A DNA stretch of 64,000 bases from an uncultured Pseudanabaenaceae cyanobacterium (GTDB lineage Bacteria > Cyanobacteriota > Cyanobacteriia > PCC-9006 > JAAUQQ01), in contig CALLAT010000035.1 in assembly GCA_938002085.1 (NCBI GenBank), positions 58,949 through 122,948 of the forward strand, given 5' to 3'. The position numbers and the translations under genes are program-made. Within the stretch, counting starts at the first letter, position 1. Each line of letters starts with the position of its first letter. This document shows positions 10,230 to 20,778 of the stretch, piece after piece. The notes beneath the pieces are model-generated. The model was given only the letters and a program-made list of their open reading frames with translations, searched no databases and was not told where the DNA came from.

Positions 10230-10588
10230 GGAGAGGCATTACTCGTTACTAGATTTCGATTCGGAACTAGATTGATTCCCAGGCAGGGAAAACCAACTTC
10301 GATGACCTTGGGCGCATCGCCCCTGGTGATCGCCAGGGCATAATTCTATGCTTAGAGCTGAACGATGGAATAGCCATCGGGAACTCTGAACCAAGGGAGT
10401 CTTCAACCCATAGCGTGGGCATAACTCTCATGGGACAGCAGGGCTACCCAGCGCATTCCGATAGGCCGTTACAATAGTGGCCCAAATTGGGGTGGGTTAA
10501 ATTAGAAATAAGACCAATCCTGACCTTCCATATCTCTATTGGAAAATATAGGACGACCCAGTGGCGGTTACATTGCGGTTACCCTGCC

Positions 10589-10611
10589 GCTTAGCGCAGC
10601 CATAACGCCCA
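10589..10611. repeat. Dispersed intergenic motif GCTTAGCGCAG+CCATAACGCCCA, copy A
   Basis: The same two blocks recur at 34093..34123 with an 8-nt insertion. A partial echo, AGCGCAGCCAT, lies about 30 nt downstream. Confidence 0.4.
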
Positions 10612-10676
10612 GCGACTCTATTTCGCTCAGCGCAGCCATCGCAGCAGCATAATCCCACTCATTAACTCAACTCAGC

Positions 10677-12200
10677 ATGCCTTACTTTTGGCTGGCCATT
10701 CTCGGGTGGCTTACCTACTTCATTCTTAAGCGCAGTGTTCCGCCCCTGACTGGGCGGCAACTCTGGCTGTTGTGGCTGGTGATGATGTCCCCTTCCCTGT
10801 TGTGGATGGGCTGGACCCTGACGAATCCGAACGAACCCATTCCCCCTGCACTGGTGTTTGGGTCATTCATGATTTGTTCGTTCCTGTATCTCTTGATGCT
10901 GCGCAACTGGCGTGGGACCTTGCCGACCAAAGCTCGCGAAGCTGAGGACAGCAGTGGCAATGGCAATCCTCCAGGCCAGGCAAGCAATGCAGGTAAAGCC
11001 GCAGCCGCCATCGCTGCAAACCGCGATCGCCCCAAGCCCAAACCTCCCCTCAACAACGACGAAGAAGCCCAACTGCGGCAATGCTTTAGCTGGACCACCT
11101 TCGTCCTCAACAAAATTGAATACCGCCTCCAGGCCGTGGTTTGCCAGGGACAACTGCGGGGCGAAGCAGATCAGGTCTACGGCGCGATCAAGAAAAACGT
11201 AGAAGGACGCTTTGGCGATCGCTTCCTGGTCTTGCTCCAAGAAGACTTCCAAGGCAAACCCTTCTTTGCCCTCGTCCCCAACCCCCAGGTTTCGCCCAAG
11301 CTAAAGAAGCTCGTCAATCCCACCTACCGCTACGGCCTAGCGAGCTTCTTGCTCCTGCTGACCCTCTGCACAACCACTCTCATTGGCACAGGTCTCGCCG
11401 GGGTACCCGTCGAATCAACCGAAAGCATTATCAATTCGCCGGAGGTACTGCTGAAGGGATTGCCCTACGCCATCCCCCTCCTCCTTATCCTGGGCTTCCA
11501 CGAGAGCGGCCACTTCTTCGCAGCTCGCCATTACAAGCTCAAAACCACCCTGCCCTACTTCATCCCCGTTCCCGGTCTGTTGGGAACCTTTGGCGCATTC
11601 GTGCAAATCCGTTCCCCCATGCCGAACCGCAAAACCCTCTTTGACGTGGGCATTGCTGGACCGCTGGCGGGACTTGTTGTTGCATTGCCCTTGCTGATTT
11701 GGGGCGTCAACCACTCCCAGGTCGTGCCTTTGCAGGAGCAAACCAGCTTCCTCAACTTTGCAGCTCTCAATCCCCGCATTTCCATCCTGATGACTTTACT
11801 GGGGCGCCTGTTTTTGGGCAGTGAATTGACCACGAGTAGCGCAATTTCCCTGCATCCAGTGGCGATCGCTGGTTACCTCGGCATCCTCGTCACCGCCCTC
11901 AACCTCATGCCCATCGGCCAACTCGACGGCGGCCACATGGTCCATGCCATGTTTGGTCAGCGAGGCGGGGCCATGATTGGCCAAGTCACCCGCATCCTCG
12001 TCATTTGCCTGGCTCTGCTCCAGCGAGATTTACTGATCTGGGCCTTTATGCTGCTGCTCATCCCTGCGATGGATGAACCTGCCCTCAACGATGTCAGCGA
12101 ACTGGACGATCGCCGAGACGGCTTAGGCCTAGCCGCCCTAGCCATGTTGCTGCTCATCATCCTGCCCGTTCCCCCGGCCCTTGCGAATTTATTGCTCTAG
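10677..12200 (+). CDS. Site-2 protease family zinc metalloprotease (peptidase M50)
   Basis: HESGHFFAARHY (HExxH inside a TM helix) plus NLMPIGQLDGGH (NxxPxxxLDG). Polytopic membrane protein. Confidence 0.85.
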   Translation: MPYFWLAILGWLTYFILKRSVPPLTGRQLWLLWLVMMSPSLLWMGWTLTNPNEPIPPALVFGSFMICSFLYLLMLRNWRGTLPTKAREAEDSSGNGNPPGQASNAGKAAAAIAANRDRPKPKPPLNNDEEAQLRQCFSWTTFVLNKIEYRLQAVVCQGQLRGEADQVYGAIKKNVEGRFGDRFLVLLQEDFQGKPFFALVPNPQVSPKLKKLVNPTYRYGLASFLLLLTLCTTTLIGTGLAGVPVESTESIINSPEVLLKGLPYAIPLLLILGFHESGHFFAARHYKLKTTLPYFIPVPGLLGTFGAFVQIRSPMPNRKTLFDVGIAGPLAGLVVALPLLIWGVNHSQVVPLQEQTSFLNFAALNPRISILMTLLGRLFLGSELTTSSAISLHPVAIAGYLGILVTALNLMPIGQLDGGHMVHAMFGQRGGAMIGQVTRILVICLALLQRDLLIWAFMLLLIPAMDEPALNDVSELDDRRDGLGLAALAMLLLIILPVPPALANLLL

Positions 12201-12341
12201 TGGGATGCTTCTTGCCATTAACTGATGCGAACTCCTAACAGAAATCGATAGCTCAGAGAGACAGTTGCTGAGCTATCCGCCGCATTAGCCCGTTCCCCCT
12301 AGCCTTCCGATGGCTTCAAACCAAACGGCCCCCAACTCCCA

Positions 12342-12767
12342 ATGAAGCAGGACATCAGCTACTGGCTTAACGAAGTCAAATCCTTGCAGCAGCAACTCGG
12401 CGTCATGCAGCAAGAGCGTGATGCTGCCTTTCAAGAAGCGGCCCAATGGCGCGATCGCTTCCACGACGAAACCCAACTGCGCCAGCAAAAAATCAGTCTG
12501 CTCCAGGATCAAATCCGCCAACTGGAGGCCGCCCAAGCTGCCCTGCAAAGCACCGACCCCAGCGACGCACCTGAAGTGTTAGAAAGCCTAGCGGGCATGA
12601 CCGACCCCGCAGAACTTCAACAATACGTCCACGAAATTGCCCAAGAGCGAAACGCCCTACGCCGCGACCTGGAGGCTGAGCGCAAGGCCCATCAGGCAAC
12701 CCGCGAAGAACTGAGCTTGGCTTTAGGGGATGCGATTGATTTGCTGACCCAACGCGGCAAGAAATAG
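12342..12767 (+). CDS. Hypothetical coiled-coil protein
   Basis: 141-aa Q/E/L/R-rich ORF with heptad-like periodicity. No family recognised. Confidence 0.5.
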   Translation: MKQDISYWLNEVKSLQQQLGVMQQERDAAFQEAAQWRDRFHDETQLRQQKISLLQDQIRQLEAAQAALQSTDPSDAPEVLESLAGMTDPAELQQYVHEIAQERNALRRDLEAERKAHQATREELSLALGDAIDLLTQRGKK

Positions 12768-13024
12768 AGCCAGTCAGCAGCCGTTGCATTGGAAACAAGG
12801 GATCCTGCAACTTCCCCCAGAGCCTCCACCTTTGAAAATCAGCCTGCTCTGCCCCCATAAACCCAGCAAAATCCTTCCGAAAAAGACCTCGCCAACCAGC
12901 AAAAAACCCGCCCAGAATTCATACAAACGCACCGTCTCTTCATCTAGGAACGCCGGAGAATTTGTCATCCTGTCAGTAGGTTGAAACACTCATCGCTCAA
13001 CCCACACCCTTCACCGCCAACGGC

Positions 13025-15139
13025 ATGACAGTTGCAGACCCCTCCGTCAACCTCCAACTCATTGCCCTAGACCTCGTCTACGGCGGCCCTAGGCGATCGC
13101 TCCTAGGCTCAAAGCCCAACCGCCTCGTCCTCGCCATCATCGGCTGCCACCTTCTCCTCACCACCTTTCTCGCCAGCCACCTCAACCTCTGGATCGACGA
13201 AGCCTACTCCCTCGCCACCACCAACAACGACCTGCCTACAACTCTGAAATGGGCGATCGACTTCGAAGAACAGGCCCCGTTCTACTTCATCCTGCTCTGG
13301 CTAACCCGCCACATTCACAACAGCGTCCTAGTCACTCGCCTACCCTCGCTCCTAGCCATCGCTGGCACTCTCTGGCTCAGCAGCCGCATCTCCCACAAGC
13401 TTTTTCCCATCGTCCATCGGGGCTGGATTGTTCTCGCCCTTGCCTTCAACCCCTTCCTAGTCGCGATCGCCATCGAAGCCCGAGGCTACGCCTGGGCAGT
13501 CTTTCTCTCCACCCTCCTGCTCTGGCTCTTCCTCAAGGGATATGCCAACTGCCTGCTCGATCCCACTCCCAGTAGCCTCATCACTCGCCCCTTCATCCCG
13601 CTCAAAAACCAAACCTGGGCTCGCTGGACCTATGGTGCCACTGCCATCATCGGCATCTATAGCCACTACTTCCTTACCTTCCAAATTGCCGCTCAAGGCC
13701 TCGTCTTACTCCTCATTGCCCTGGGCTCAGTCGAACGGCGCAAACGGGCGATCGCCAGTTTCGCAGCCTACTGCCTCGATAGCATTCTCATCACGATTTG
13801 TACCCTTCCCCTTGTTCTAGTCGTTGGTCAGCAGCTCACTGCCTTGGAGGACAACAGCTCCATCGTAGAAAACCCGGGTGTTTGGGCAGCTCTCAAAGCC
13901 GCCGCTAGCAAAACCCTCTTCCGGAACCTGGTTTACCTACTGCCCAGCGACCCCGCAGGCACTCCCAGCTGGGACTGGAAGCTGAGTAGACTTTTCGTCG
14001 GCCTATGGCTACTCGCCCTCGCCTGGGGACGCCGCCGCCAACTACGCTTCAACGTCACCCTAGCTTGGCTGCTCCATGGCCTCGTAATGCTTCAGCTCTT
14101 AGGCGCATTTGCCTTAGTCCGAAGCGTGGAATACCGTCATGCCATCGTCATGGTAAGCCTCGTCTACTTCAGCGCCTTGGGCCTAATATCCCTGCTACCG
14201 CGCACCAGACGCCGCATATTCCTGAGTTTTAGCCTCATCTTATTGCTCTGCATCAATGCCCGTAGCCTTTGGCAGGTCTACGCCCCCATGGCAAAACAAG
14301 GGGACTATGCCCGTGTCGGTGATTATCTCCAGCAAGTCGTAGCCCCCCAAGAATCTGTCGCGGTTTTCAACGGCGAAGTCGCCATGGCACTCGCCCACTA
14401 CTATCCCAACGCAGCACAGCCCCAAGATTCCAGGACCCAAGCCACTCCGAAAAATCCATCCCAGCCATCCCGCTCCCCGAACCCAGCCGTCCCCGCCCCC
14501 ACAGCAGAAGCAGTCCCGAGGCTCCCAGCTTTGATTGCCCTGCCGCGATCGCTCTTCGACAGCGCCAGCATTCCCCAGTACCGCCAGGACCACCTAATCC
14601 TCACCAGCAGCGAACAAATCACCCAGGCATTGACTCAAGCCATACCTCAAGAGCACCAAACCATAGCCCTCCAAGCAATCTCAGACTTCATCGAGGATGT
14701 CAGTCGCGACGAAGCAGCGCCTTCATCACCCTCTCCTGATCAACTAGAGCCGCTTCAAATCGAACTCGAAGCCAAACTCCGTCGTATCAACCTCAGTCCA
14801 TCAACAAAAGCAGAACTTAGAGAAGCCCTCGACCTTCCCTCCCGCGAAGAACAACTTCCCCCCACTCCCCAGCCGAAATCCGTAGAAGCATTCCTCGACA
14901 ACTTAGACAGCCCCCCCATATCTCTGGGAAGTGCCCCACCCGAGTTACCCCATCGCCTATGGCTAGTCAGGGATGACCAGATCCTCACCTCCATGGCCAG
15001 CTTTGATGAAAGCTACCGCTTGCTCAATGACTTTATGGAGCAGAACTATCGTCTGCTCACGATGCGCCAATTCCACGGAACCCAGGTGCAGCAATGGCAA
15101 CGCCTCCCCGCAGAATTCGCACCCATCACCGAATCTTGA
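13025..15139 (+). CDS. GT-C type glycosyltransferase-like membrane protein (GT39 / ArnT-PMT-like) with Pro-rich soluble C-terminus
   Basis: About 11 TM segments. The first loop motif LNLWIDEAYSL (the DE of GT-C enzymes) is present. The C-terminal 250 aa or so are soluble. Confidence 0.6.
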   Translation: MTVADPSVNLQLIALDLVYGGPRRSLLGSKPNRLVLAIIGCHLLLTTFLASHLNLWIDEAYSLATTNNDLPTTLKWAIDFEEQAPFYFILLWLTRHIHNSVLVTRLPSLLAIAGTLWLSSRISHKLFPIVHRGWIVLALAFNPFLVAIAIEARGYAWAVFLSTLLLWLFLKGYANCLLDPTPSSLITRPFIPLKNQTWARWTYGATAIIGIYSHYFLTFQIAAQGLVLLLIALGSVERRKRAIASFAAYCLDSILITICTLPLVLVVGQQLTALEDNSSIVENPGVWAALKAAASKTLFRNLVYLLPSDPAGTPSWDWKLSRLFVGLWLLALAWGRRRQLRFNVTLAWLLHGLVMLQLLGAFALVRSVEYRHAIVMVSLVYFSALGLISLLPRTRRRIFLSFSLILLLCINARSLWQVYAPMAKQGDYARVGDYLQQVVAPQESVAVFNGEVAMALAHYYPNAAQPQDSRTQATPKNPSQPSRSPNPAVPAPTAEAVPRLPALIALPRSLFDSASIPQYRQDHLILTSSEQITQALTQAIPQEHQTIALQAISDFIEDVSRDEAAPSSPSPDQLEPLQIELEAKLRRINLSPSTKAELREALDLPSREEQLPPTPQPKSVEAFLDNLDSPPISLGSAPPELPHRLWLVRDDQILTSMASFDESYRLLNDFMEQNYRLLTMRQFHGTQVQQWQRLPAEFAPITES

Positions 15140-15273
15140 TAACAGCGGGGCAGGGAACGACTAGAATAGAAATGAATGTTTAAATCTTTGGTCCCTGTAT
15201 TGCGACTGTCGCGATATCGGTCGCCAATCCCTCCCGCTATCGCCCTTGCTATCGTTCTGGGCCTTTCCGTCCT

Positions 15274-16638
15274 ATGCCGCTGCCCATTGTTGCCATTATT
15301 GGTCGCCCTAACGTTGGCAAATCTGCCCTCGTCAATCGCATGGGTGGCGGGCGCGACGCAATCGTCCACGATGAGCCCGGCGTCACTCGCGATCGCACCT
15401 ACCGAGATGCATTTTGGGGCGATCGCGACTTCCAAGTCGTAGACACAGGCGGCATCGTCTTTGACGACGAAACTGAGTTTTTGCCCTACATCCGCGAGCA
15501 AGCCATGCTGGCCCTGGCCGAAGCTAGCGTTGCCATTATGGTGGTCGATGGCCAGGCTGGCCTAACCGCTGCAGATGAAGAAATCGCAGGCTGGCTCCGC
15601 CAACAGAAAGTCCCCGTGCTCCTCGCTGTCAACAAATGCGAGTCCGTAGAACTGGGCGGCGCCCAAAGCGCTGAGTTCTGGAACCTGGGCCTGGGCGACC
15701 CCATCCCCATGTCTGCCATTCATGGCAACGGCACGGGCGATCTCCTCGACCAAGTCATTACCCATCTGCCCGAAGTTCCTGCCGATGAACCGGAAACCAC
15801 TTCCGTCGCCATCATTGGTCGACCCAACGTCGGCAAATCCAGCCTACTCAATGCTTTCCTAGGCGAAGGCCGTGCCATTGTAAGCGACATCTCCGGCACC
15901 ACCCGCGATGCCATCGACAGTTTTGTCGAACGCAATGGCACTCGCTACCGCCTGATCGATACCGCAGGCATTCGCCGCCGTCGCAGCACCCAGTACGGCC
16001 CAGAATTCTTTGGTATCAACCGCTCCTTCAAAGCCATCAAACGCGCCGATGTCGTCCTACTCGTCATTGATGCCTTGGATGGCGTCACCGACCAAGACCA
16101 GAAACTCGCCGGGCGCATTGAAGACGAAGGCCGAGCCTGCATCATCGTGGTCAATAAATGGGATGCCATTGTCAAAAATTCCAGCACCATTTACGACGTC
16201 GAGAAGGAGATTCGCGCTCGTCTGTACTTCCTCGGTTGGGCAGACATGATCTTTACCAGTGCACTCACTGGCCAGCGGGTCCCCCAAATCCTCGACCTAG
16301 TTGATGTAGCCGCCGATGCCCACAAGCGCCGGGTCACCACCTCTGTCATTAACGAAGTTCTAGAAGAGGCCGTGGGCTGGAAATCGCCTGCCACCACCCA
16401 CCAGGGACGCCAGGGGAAGATTTACTACGGCACCCAGGTCTCTAGCCAACCCCCAACGATCGCTCTCTTCGTCAATGACCCCAAGCTGTTCCGCGACCCC
16501 TACCGTCGTTACGTGGAACGCCAATTCCGCGAAGGATTGAATTTTTCAGGGACGCCCCTACGCCTAATCTGGCGCGGCAAACGCACTCGCGAAGTGGAGC
16601 GTACTGTAAACCGTGCCACTCGCGTCAAGCAGAAATAG
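15274..16638 (+). CDS. der: Ribosome-biogenesis GTPase Der (EngA)
   Basis: Two tandem GTPase domains, each with [16 protein letters not shown] and NKCE/NKWD, plus a KH-like C-terminus. Confidence 0.95.
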   Translation: MPLPIVAIIGRPNVGKSALVNRMGGGRDAIVHDEPGVTRDRTYRDAFWGDRDFQVVDTGGIVFDDETEFLPYIREQAMLALAEASVAIMVVDGQAGLTAADEEIAGWLRQQKVPVLLAVNKCESVELGGAQSAEFWNLGLGDPIPMSAIHGNGTGDLLDQVITHLPEVPADEPETTSVAIIGRPNVGKSSLLNAFLGEGRAIVSDISGTTRDAIDSFVERNGTRYRLIDTAGIRRRRSTQYGPEFFGINRSFKAIKRADVVLLVIDALDGVTDQDQKLAGRIEDEGRACIIVVNKWDAIVKNSSTIYDVEKEIRARLYFLGWADMIFTSALTGQRVPQILDLVDVAADAHKRRVTTSVINEVLEEAVGWKSPATTHQGRQGKIYYGTQVSSQPPTIALFVNDPKLFRDPYRRYVERQFREGLNFSGTPLRLIWRGKRTREVERTVNRATRVKQK

Positions 16639-16840
16639 CGCTCCCCTAGGAAAGCTGGGCTGGTGTGACATAGCCAGGCTCTGGCACTGTCGAAATTGAA
16701 GCAGCCTATTAGAATAGGCAGGCGAATTTGGGCTGGTTTCTGATAGGGCTCCCTGCAATAGCTAACAAGCTCAAAGCCTTATCCCCCGGTCTATCGCATC
16801 ATCCCAAGCCCAACGATCTAACTAAAGCCGCCCACAACCC

Positions 16841-17941
16841 ATGGATATCTTGCGCGCCCTCCCACTGGGCCTATATCTAGAGCAACCCGTGACTTGGCTT
16901 CACCGCCTAGATCCCAGGGTCAAGCTATTTTGGTTGATGGGCTTTTTGCTCACCCCCCTACTCGCCAATGCCTATTGGCGCATTGTCCTGGTGTTGCTGC
17001 TCATGCTGCTCACCCTCATTGCTCGCATTCCTCTACGGGTCTGGCGCCAGCAAATGGGCTGGCTACTCACCCTATGCAGCCTGATTTTTGTGATGACGGC
17101 GATCGCGCCCGATGGGCTCCTTGTCGAACACCAGCCTCGTTCCATCCCTAGCCTCACGCTTGATGGTCCTGCCTCTCAAGTCCCCCTCAAGGAAGATCCT
17201 GCGACAGTCCCCCCAGCACCAACCCAAGGGGAAAAGGCAATCTCCAACGCAGAGAATCAAGCCAAAGATGCAGGAAATCAGCCAGGGGAGCAAGAAGCTG
17301 GAGCCGAAAAGCAGCTTAGTTTGCTCAACAAGTTTTTCCCCTGGACAAGGGAAGCAGAGCCCTTAGATCCAAGCAAGGCTCCGTTACCCCCGGCTAGCGA
17401 TTATCAGTACGTTCTGTTTAAGCAGGGACCATTTACCCTGACTCGACGCACCCTCGATTTGGGAATCCGCGTCAGCACTTTAATCTTCACCCTGATCTAC
17501 AGCACCAATCTCTATCTCCTCACCACAGCTCCCGAAGAAATCACAGCAGGTCTTGAAGATCTAATGCTGCCCCTGCGATACCTCAAGCTCCCCGTCACCG
17601 AGATTGCCCTCACCCTCACCTTGGCCCTGCGCTACATTCCCCTAGTCTTAGAAGAAGTCCAAAATCTAGGCCGATCTATCTGGACCCGCGCTATCAACTG
17701 GAAAAAACTCGGCATCAAACGCAGCGTGCGTGTGTGGCTCACCGTAGCCGAACGCCTGATCGAGAACCTGCTTCTGCGCGCCTCCCAAGCCGCCAATGCG
17801 ATGCAGGTCAGGGGGTTCACCAGTCCCAATCGCCACCGTGTCCAGTGGCATGATCTAAAACTGAAGAATCGCGACTGGGTGGCGATCGTCGGCCTGGCAG
17901 CATTTTGTAGCCTGCGACTGATTATTGGTGGAGAGCCCTAA
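16841..17941 (+). CDS. ECF-transporter T component / CbiQ-family membrane protein with a roughly 110-aa hydrophilic insertion
   Basis: The N-terminal TM bundle and C-terminal ...ALTLTLALRYIPLVLEE...RAI..RG resemble EcfT/CbiQ coupling helices. Confidence 0.7.
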   Translation: MDILRALPLGLYLEQPVTWLHRLDPRVKLFWLMGFLLTPLLANAYWRIVLVLLLMLLTLIARIPLRVWRQQMGWLLTLCSLIFVMTAIAPDGLLVEHQPRSIPSLTLDGPASQVPLKEDPATVPPAPTQGEKAISNAENQAKDAGNQPGEQEAGAEKQLSLLNKFFPWTREAEPLDPSKAPLPPASDYQYVLFKQGPFTLTRRTLDLGIRVSTLIFTLIYSTNLYLLTTAPEEITAGLEDLMLPLRYLKLPVTEIALTLTLALRYIPLVLEEVQNLGRSIWTRAINWKKLGIKRSVRVWLTVAERLIENLLLRASQAANAMQVRGFTSPNRHRVQWHDLKLKNRDWVAIVGLAAFCSLRLIIGGEP

Positions 17942-18232
17942 GCCCAGGAGCAACCGCTAAATTGTGGCGTTTTCCCTCAAATTTAGACATAGAGAAGAAC
18001 CAAGATCGCGGACAATAGCTCTATCAGCTGGTTTAAGCCATTTAATCTCACTCTTATGACGGTGCGCATCGGGAATTCCCATCCAGGATGCAAGAGTACT
18101 TCATATGGTCTATGAGGACAAAGTCCACCGTTATTGTTTAGCCTGCTTAGCTTTCAACAGTTTTGATTTGTCATCGGCAACGTAACAGATGCAGCCCATC
18201 CAGCAATCCATCGTCCGCCTCGCTTCGAATCT

Positions 18233-18499
18233 ATGAACATCGAAAACTACTTAACCCATCCCAACTTCGGGATGCTATTCAGCGTTTGCAAACTCGAAGA
18301 GAGCCAAACTCTCTTCGCCACGCTCTACGCCCAGCGGCTATTTTTCATCGTCACCAATGACGGTGCCAATCTGCAATTTTCCCCTGTGACCCGCAGTGAT
18401 GCCCGTGGATTAGTTGAAGGTCGCATTCGCGTTCTGCGTCGGGACCCCAACCTCGAAGCATTTCGCAATCTCCAACAAACCTACAAAACGCTGTTCTAA
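18233..18499 (+). CDS. pipX: PII-interacting protein X (NtcA coactivator)
   Basis: 88 aa. NYLTHPNFGMLF...LFATLYAQRLFFIV...LRRD...LQQTYKTLF closely matches PipX as I recall it. Followed by pipY. Confidence 0.9.
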   Translation: MNIENYLTHPNFGMLFSVCKLEESQTLFATLYAQRLFFIVTNDGANLQFSPVTRSDARGLVEGRIRVLRRDPNLEAFRNLQQTYKTLF

Positions 18500-18644
18500 T
18501 CCTTTGCAATCGTTTTCGGGACCCTCAAAAGCACAAACCCCTGGAGCATCGGCCACCAGCCATTGAGCGGCAAAGCCGCTGGCAGATCCATTAGGCTCCC
18601 CCGCGCAACGTTCTCACACCACTCCTCAATCTTTCCAACAGACC

Positions 18645-19340
18645 ATGACCGAGGTCATTGACGCCCCCGGAATTGCCCAACGTTTGGCACAACTCCGTCA
18701 AGAATTACCCCCCAGCGTGCGACTCATCGCCGTCAGCAAAACCCGCAGCGCCGAACATGTCCGGGCAGCTTATGCAGCGGGGCAACGGGATTTTGGCGAG
18801 AACCGGGTCCAGGAAGCCATAGAAAAGCGGGCACAGTTGACCGATCTCACAGACATCACCTGGCATTTGATAGGACAGTTGCAGAGCAACAAAGCAAGAA
18901 AAGCAGTGGAAACCTTCGATTGGATCCATTCCGTCGATAGTTTAAAGCTCGCAGAACGTATCAATCGACTCTCCAAAGAGTGCGATCGCTGCCCTAAAGT
19001 GTGTTTCCAGGTCAAATATCGTCCTGACCCAAGCAAAACAGGCTGGGAACCTCAGGAGTTATTGACAGCGATTTCACGCATATGTGAGTATAATCACATA
19101 CAAGTAGAAGGACTGATGACAATCCCGCCTTTGTCCTCAAACGACGCAAATGCGTCAAAAATCTTCCAAGAGAACCGTGAACTCGCTGAATTAATTACAA
19201 CTGAAGCAAAACGCCTCGGATGTACTAATATGGCAATGAAGCAATTGTCAATGGGAATGTCCGGGGATTATTCCTTGGCTGTTCAGGCGGGTTCAACCCT
19301 AGTGAGGTTGGGCCAGACCATCTTTGGAGCGAGGGGTTAG
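18645..19340 (+). CDS. pipY: YggS/PLPBP-family pyridoxal-phosphate-binding protein
   Basis: RLIAVSKT (PLP lysine), FGENRVQE, WHLIGQLQSNK and LSMGMSGD motifs. Sits directly downstream of pipX. Confidence 0.9.
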   Translation: MTEVIDAPGIAQRLAQLRQELPPSVRLIAVSKTRSAEHVRAAYAAGQRDFGENRVQEAIEKRAQLTDLTDITWHLIGQLQSNKARKAVETFDWIHSVDSLKLAERINRLSKECDRCPKVCFQVKYRPDPSKTGWEPQELLTAISRICEYNHIQVEGLMTIPPLSSNDANASKIFQENRELAELITTEAKRLGCTNMAMKQLSMGMSGDYSLAVQAGSTLVRLGQTIFGARG

Positions 19341-19785
19341 TTCCCTACTTGTCACCCAATAGGGGCCTGGATAGGATGGTCTCGCACCTGGGATGAACTG
19401 GCTCTATGCGGGCTAACAAAGCTCTCAAACAGCCGTGGAATCAGAATCTGCACTCCCACAGGTTCGCTTTCACCTCAAATGAGATTGACGGGTTTAACCA
19501 AGGCCCAACAACTTTTTTTTGGGTTTTCGATAGCTAGGGCTGGAGTTTTCTCAGCAACTGAGATACCCTAACGCAGGGCTTCGAAAGAACCGTAAAAAGA
19601 CGGAATAGTGAAGATTTGTAATAGAATCTTCCCAGTTCTAGAGATAGGGTGCATCTTTAGCTGCAAGTCTTCTGTCTTTCGCCTCTCTCTCGCTGCATTT
19701 GCATTTGTCCCTAGTTCAATGCTGGTCCGAACGTGCAGCCTTGCACCTACTTGAGCATTTACTGAGTTTTACTGGAGTGTGAACC

Positions 19786-20388
19786 GTGTCGATTTTCAAC
19801 AAGCTGCGTGACTTCGTTGGTCTTCAAGAAGGAATGGAGTACGACTACGAGTACGACGAAATGGATGGTGGTGAGGAGTATCAGAACCTCTACCAAGAAG
19901 AGAACGTTCCTGCTGCTGCCCCCGTCATCGAAGATGATTCCCGCAGCCGCCGCCGTACCCGTGAAACCCGCCCCGCTTCTACGATGATGACCACCAATAT
20001 TGGTTCCTCCATGAGCAATGTGATTGGCATGCCTGGCACAATCAACGGTCTCTCTGAAGTTGTGGTGATGGAGCCTCGGTCTTTTGAAGAAATGCCCCAG
20101 GCTATCCAAGCCCTGCGTGAGCGTAAGTCCGTTGTCCTCAATCTAACTTTGATGGATCCTGACCAAGCTCAGCGTGCTGTGGACTTTGTTGCAGGTGGAA
20201 CTTACGCAATCGACGGTCATCAAGAGCGTGTTGGCGAAAGCATCTTCCTCTTCACTCCTAACTGTGTTGCTGTTGTTACCCAGCAAGAAGATGGTGCTCC
20301 TGCTCCGATGGAAGCTCCCCAACAACAGCCCATCGCCCACACCCCAGCTCCAGCCTGGGCTAACGAACAAATGCCCATCGCTCAATAA
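19786..20388 (+). CDS. sepF: Cell division protein SepF
   Basis: GTG start. The C-terminal SepF core is [32 protein letters not shown]...[28 protein letters not shown]. Confidence 0.9.
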   Translation: MSIFNKLRDFVGLQEGMEYDYEYDEMDGGEEYQNLYQEENVPAAAPVIEDDSRSRRRTRETRPASTMMTTNIGSSMSNVIGMPGTINGLSEVVVMEPRSFEEMPQAIQALRERKSVVLNLTLMDPDQAQRAVDFVAGGTYAIDGHQERVGESIFLFTPNCVAVVTQQEDGAPAPMEAPQQQPIAHTPAPAWANEQMPIAQ

Positions 20389-20482
20389 GCGGGTTATAAA
20401 GTATCTGGGCTCCGTAAGGCGGGGCTCATTATCACTCCATAAGTTTTTGGATTGGGTGCTAGAAAACTCAGCATTAGCAGAT

Positions 20483-20522
20483 AAAAGCGGAACAGGTTGT
20501 ACCTGTTCCGCTTTTATTTTGG
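20483..20522 (+). terminator. Rho-independent terminator after sepF
   Basis: AAAAGCGGAACAGGT / ACCTGTTCCGCTTTT stem followed by TATTTT. Confidence 0.8.
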
Positions 20523-20778
20523 CTTTGCTGCCTTCTTCTCAAATGCAAGAACAAGGCGGCGGTAGATTGAAGTCCTCTAAATCCCCCTCAAAGCAGTGAT
20601 TTAGAGAGCAGGAAGAAACAAAGAACACAATAGGGGTCGTTGCAAGGGAGTTGCTGACTGAATTATTGAGACCAATCCAGTATTTGCTGCTATCAGAGGA
20701 GCGCTTTGGGGTTTAATGGCTAGGACTCGGCCCAAAAGCTGTTGACCGAGCAACCTACAACCTTCATTTCTTTGGCGC

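Noticed and set aside
9753-10343. 196-aa plus-strand ORF overlapping the MBL-like gene
   Set aside because: It is an Arg-rich shadow ORF. The minus-strand product shows the MBL-fold motif order.
18163-18360. 65-aa ORF overlapping the pipX start
   Set aside because: It is out of frame with the well-supported pipX gene and its product is Arg/Ser-rich.
20174-20599. 141-aa plus-strand ORF overlapping sepF in another frame
   Set aside because: The SepF frame is strongly supported by motifs. The alternative frame runs through the sepF terminator.
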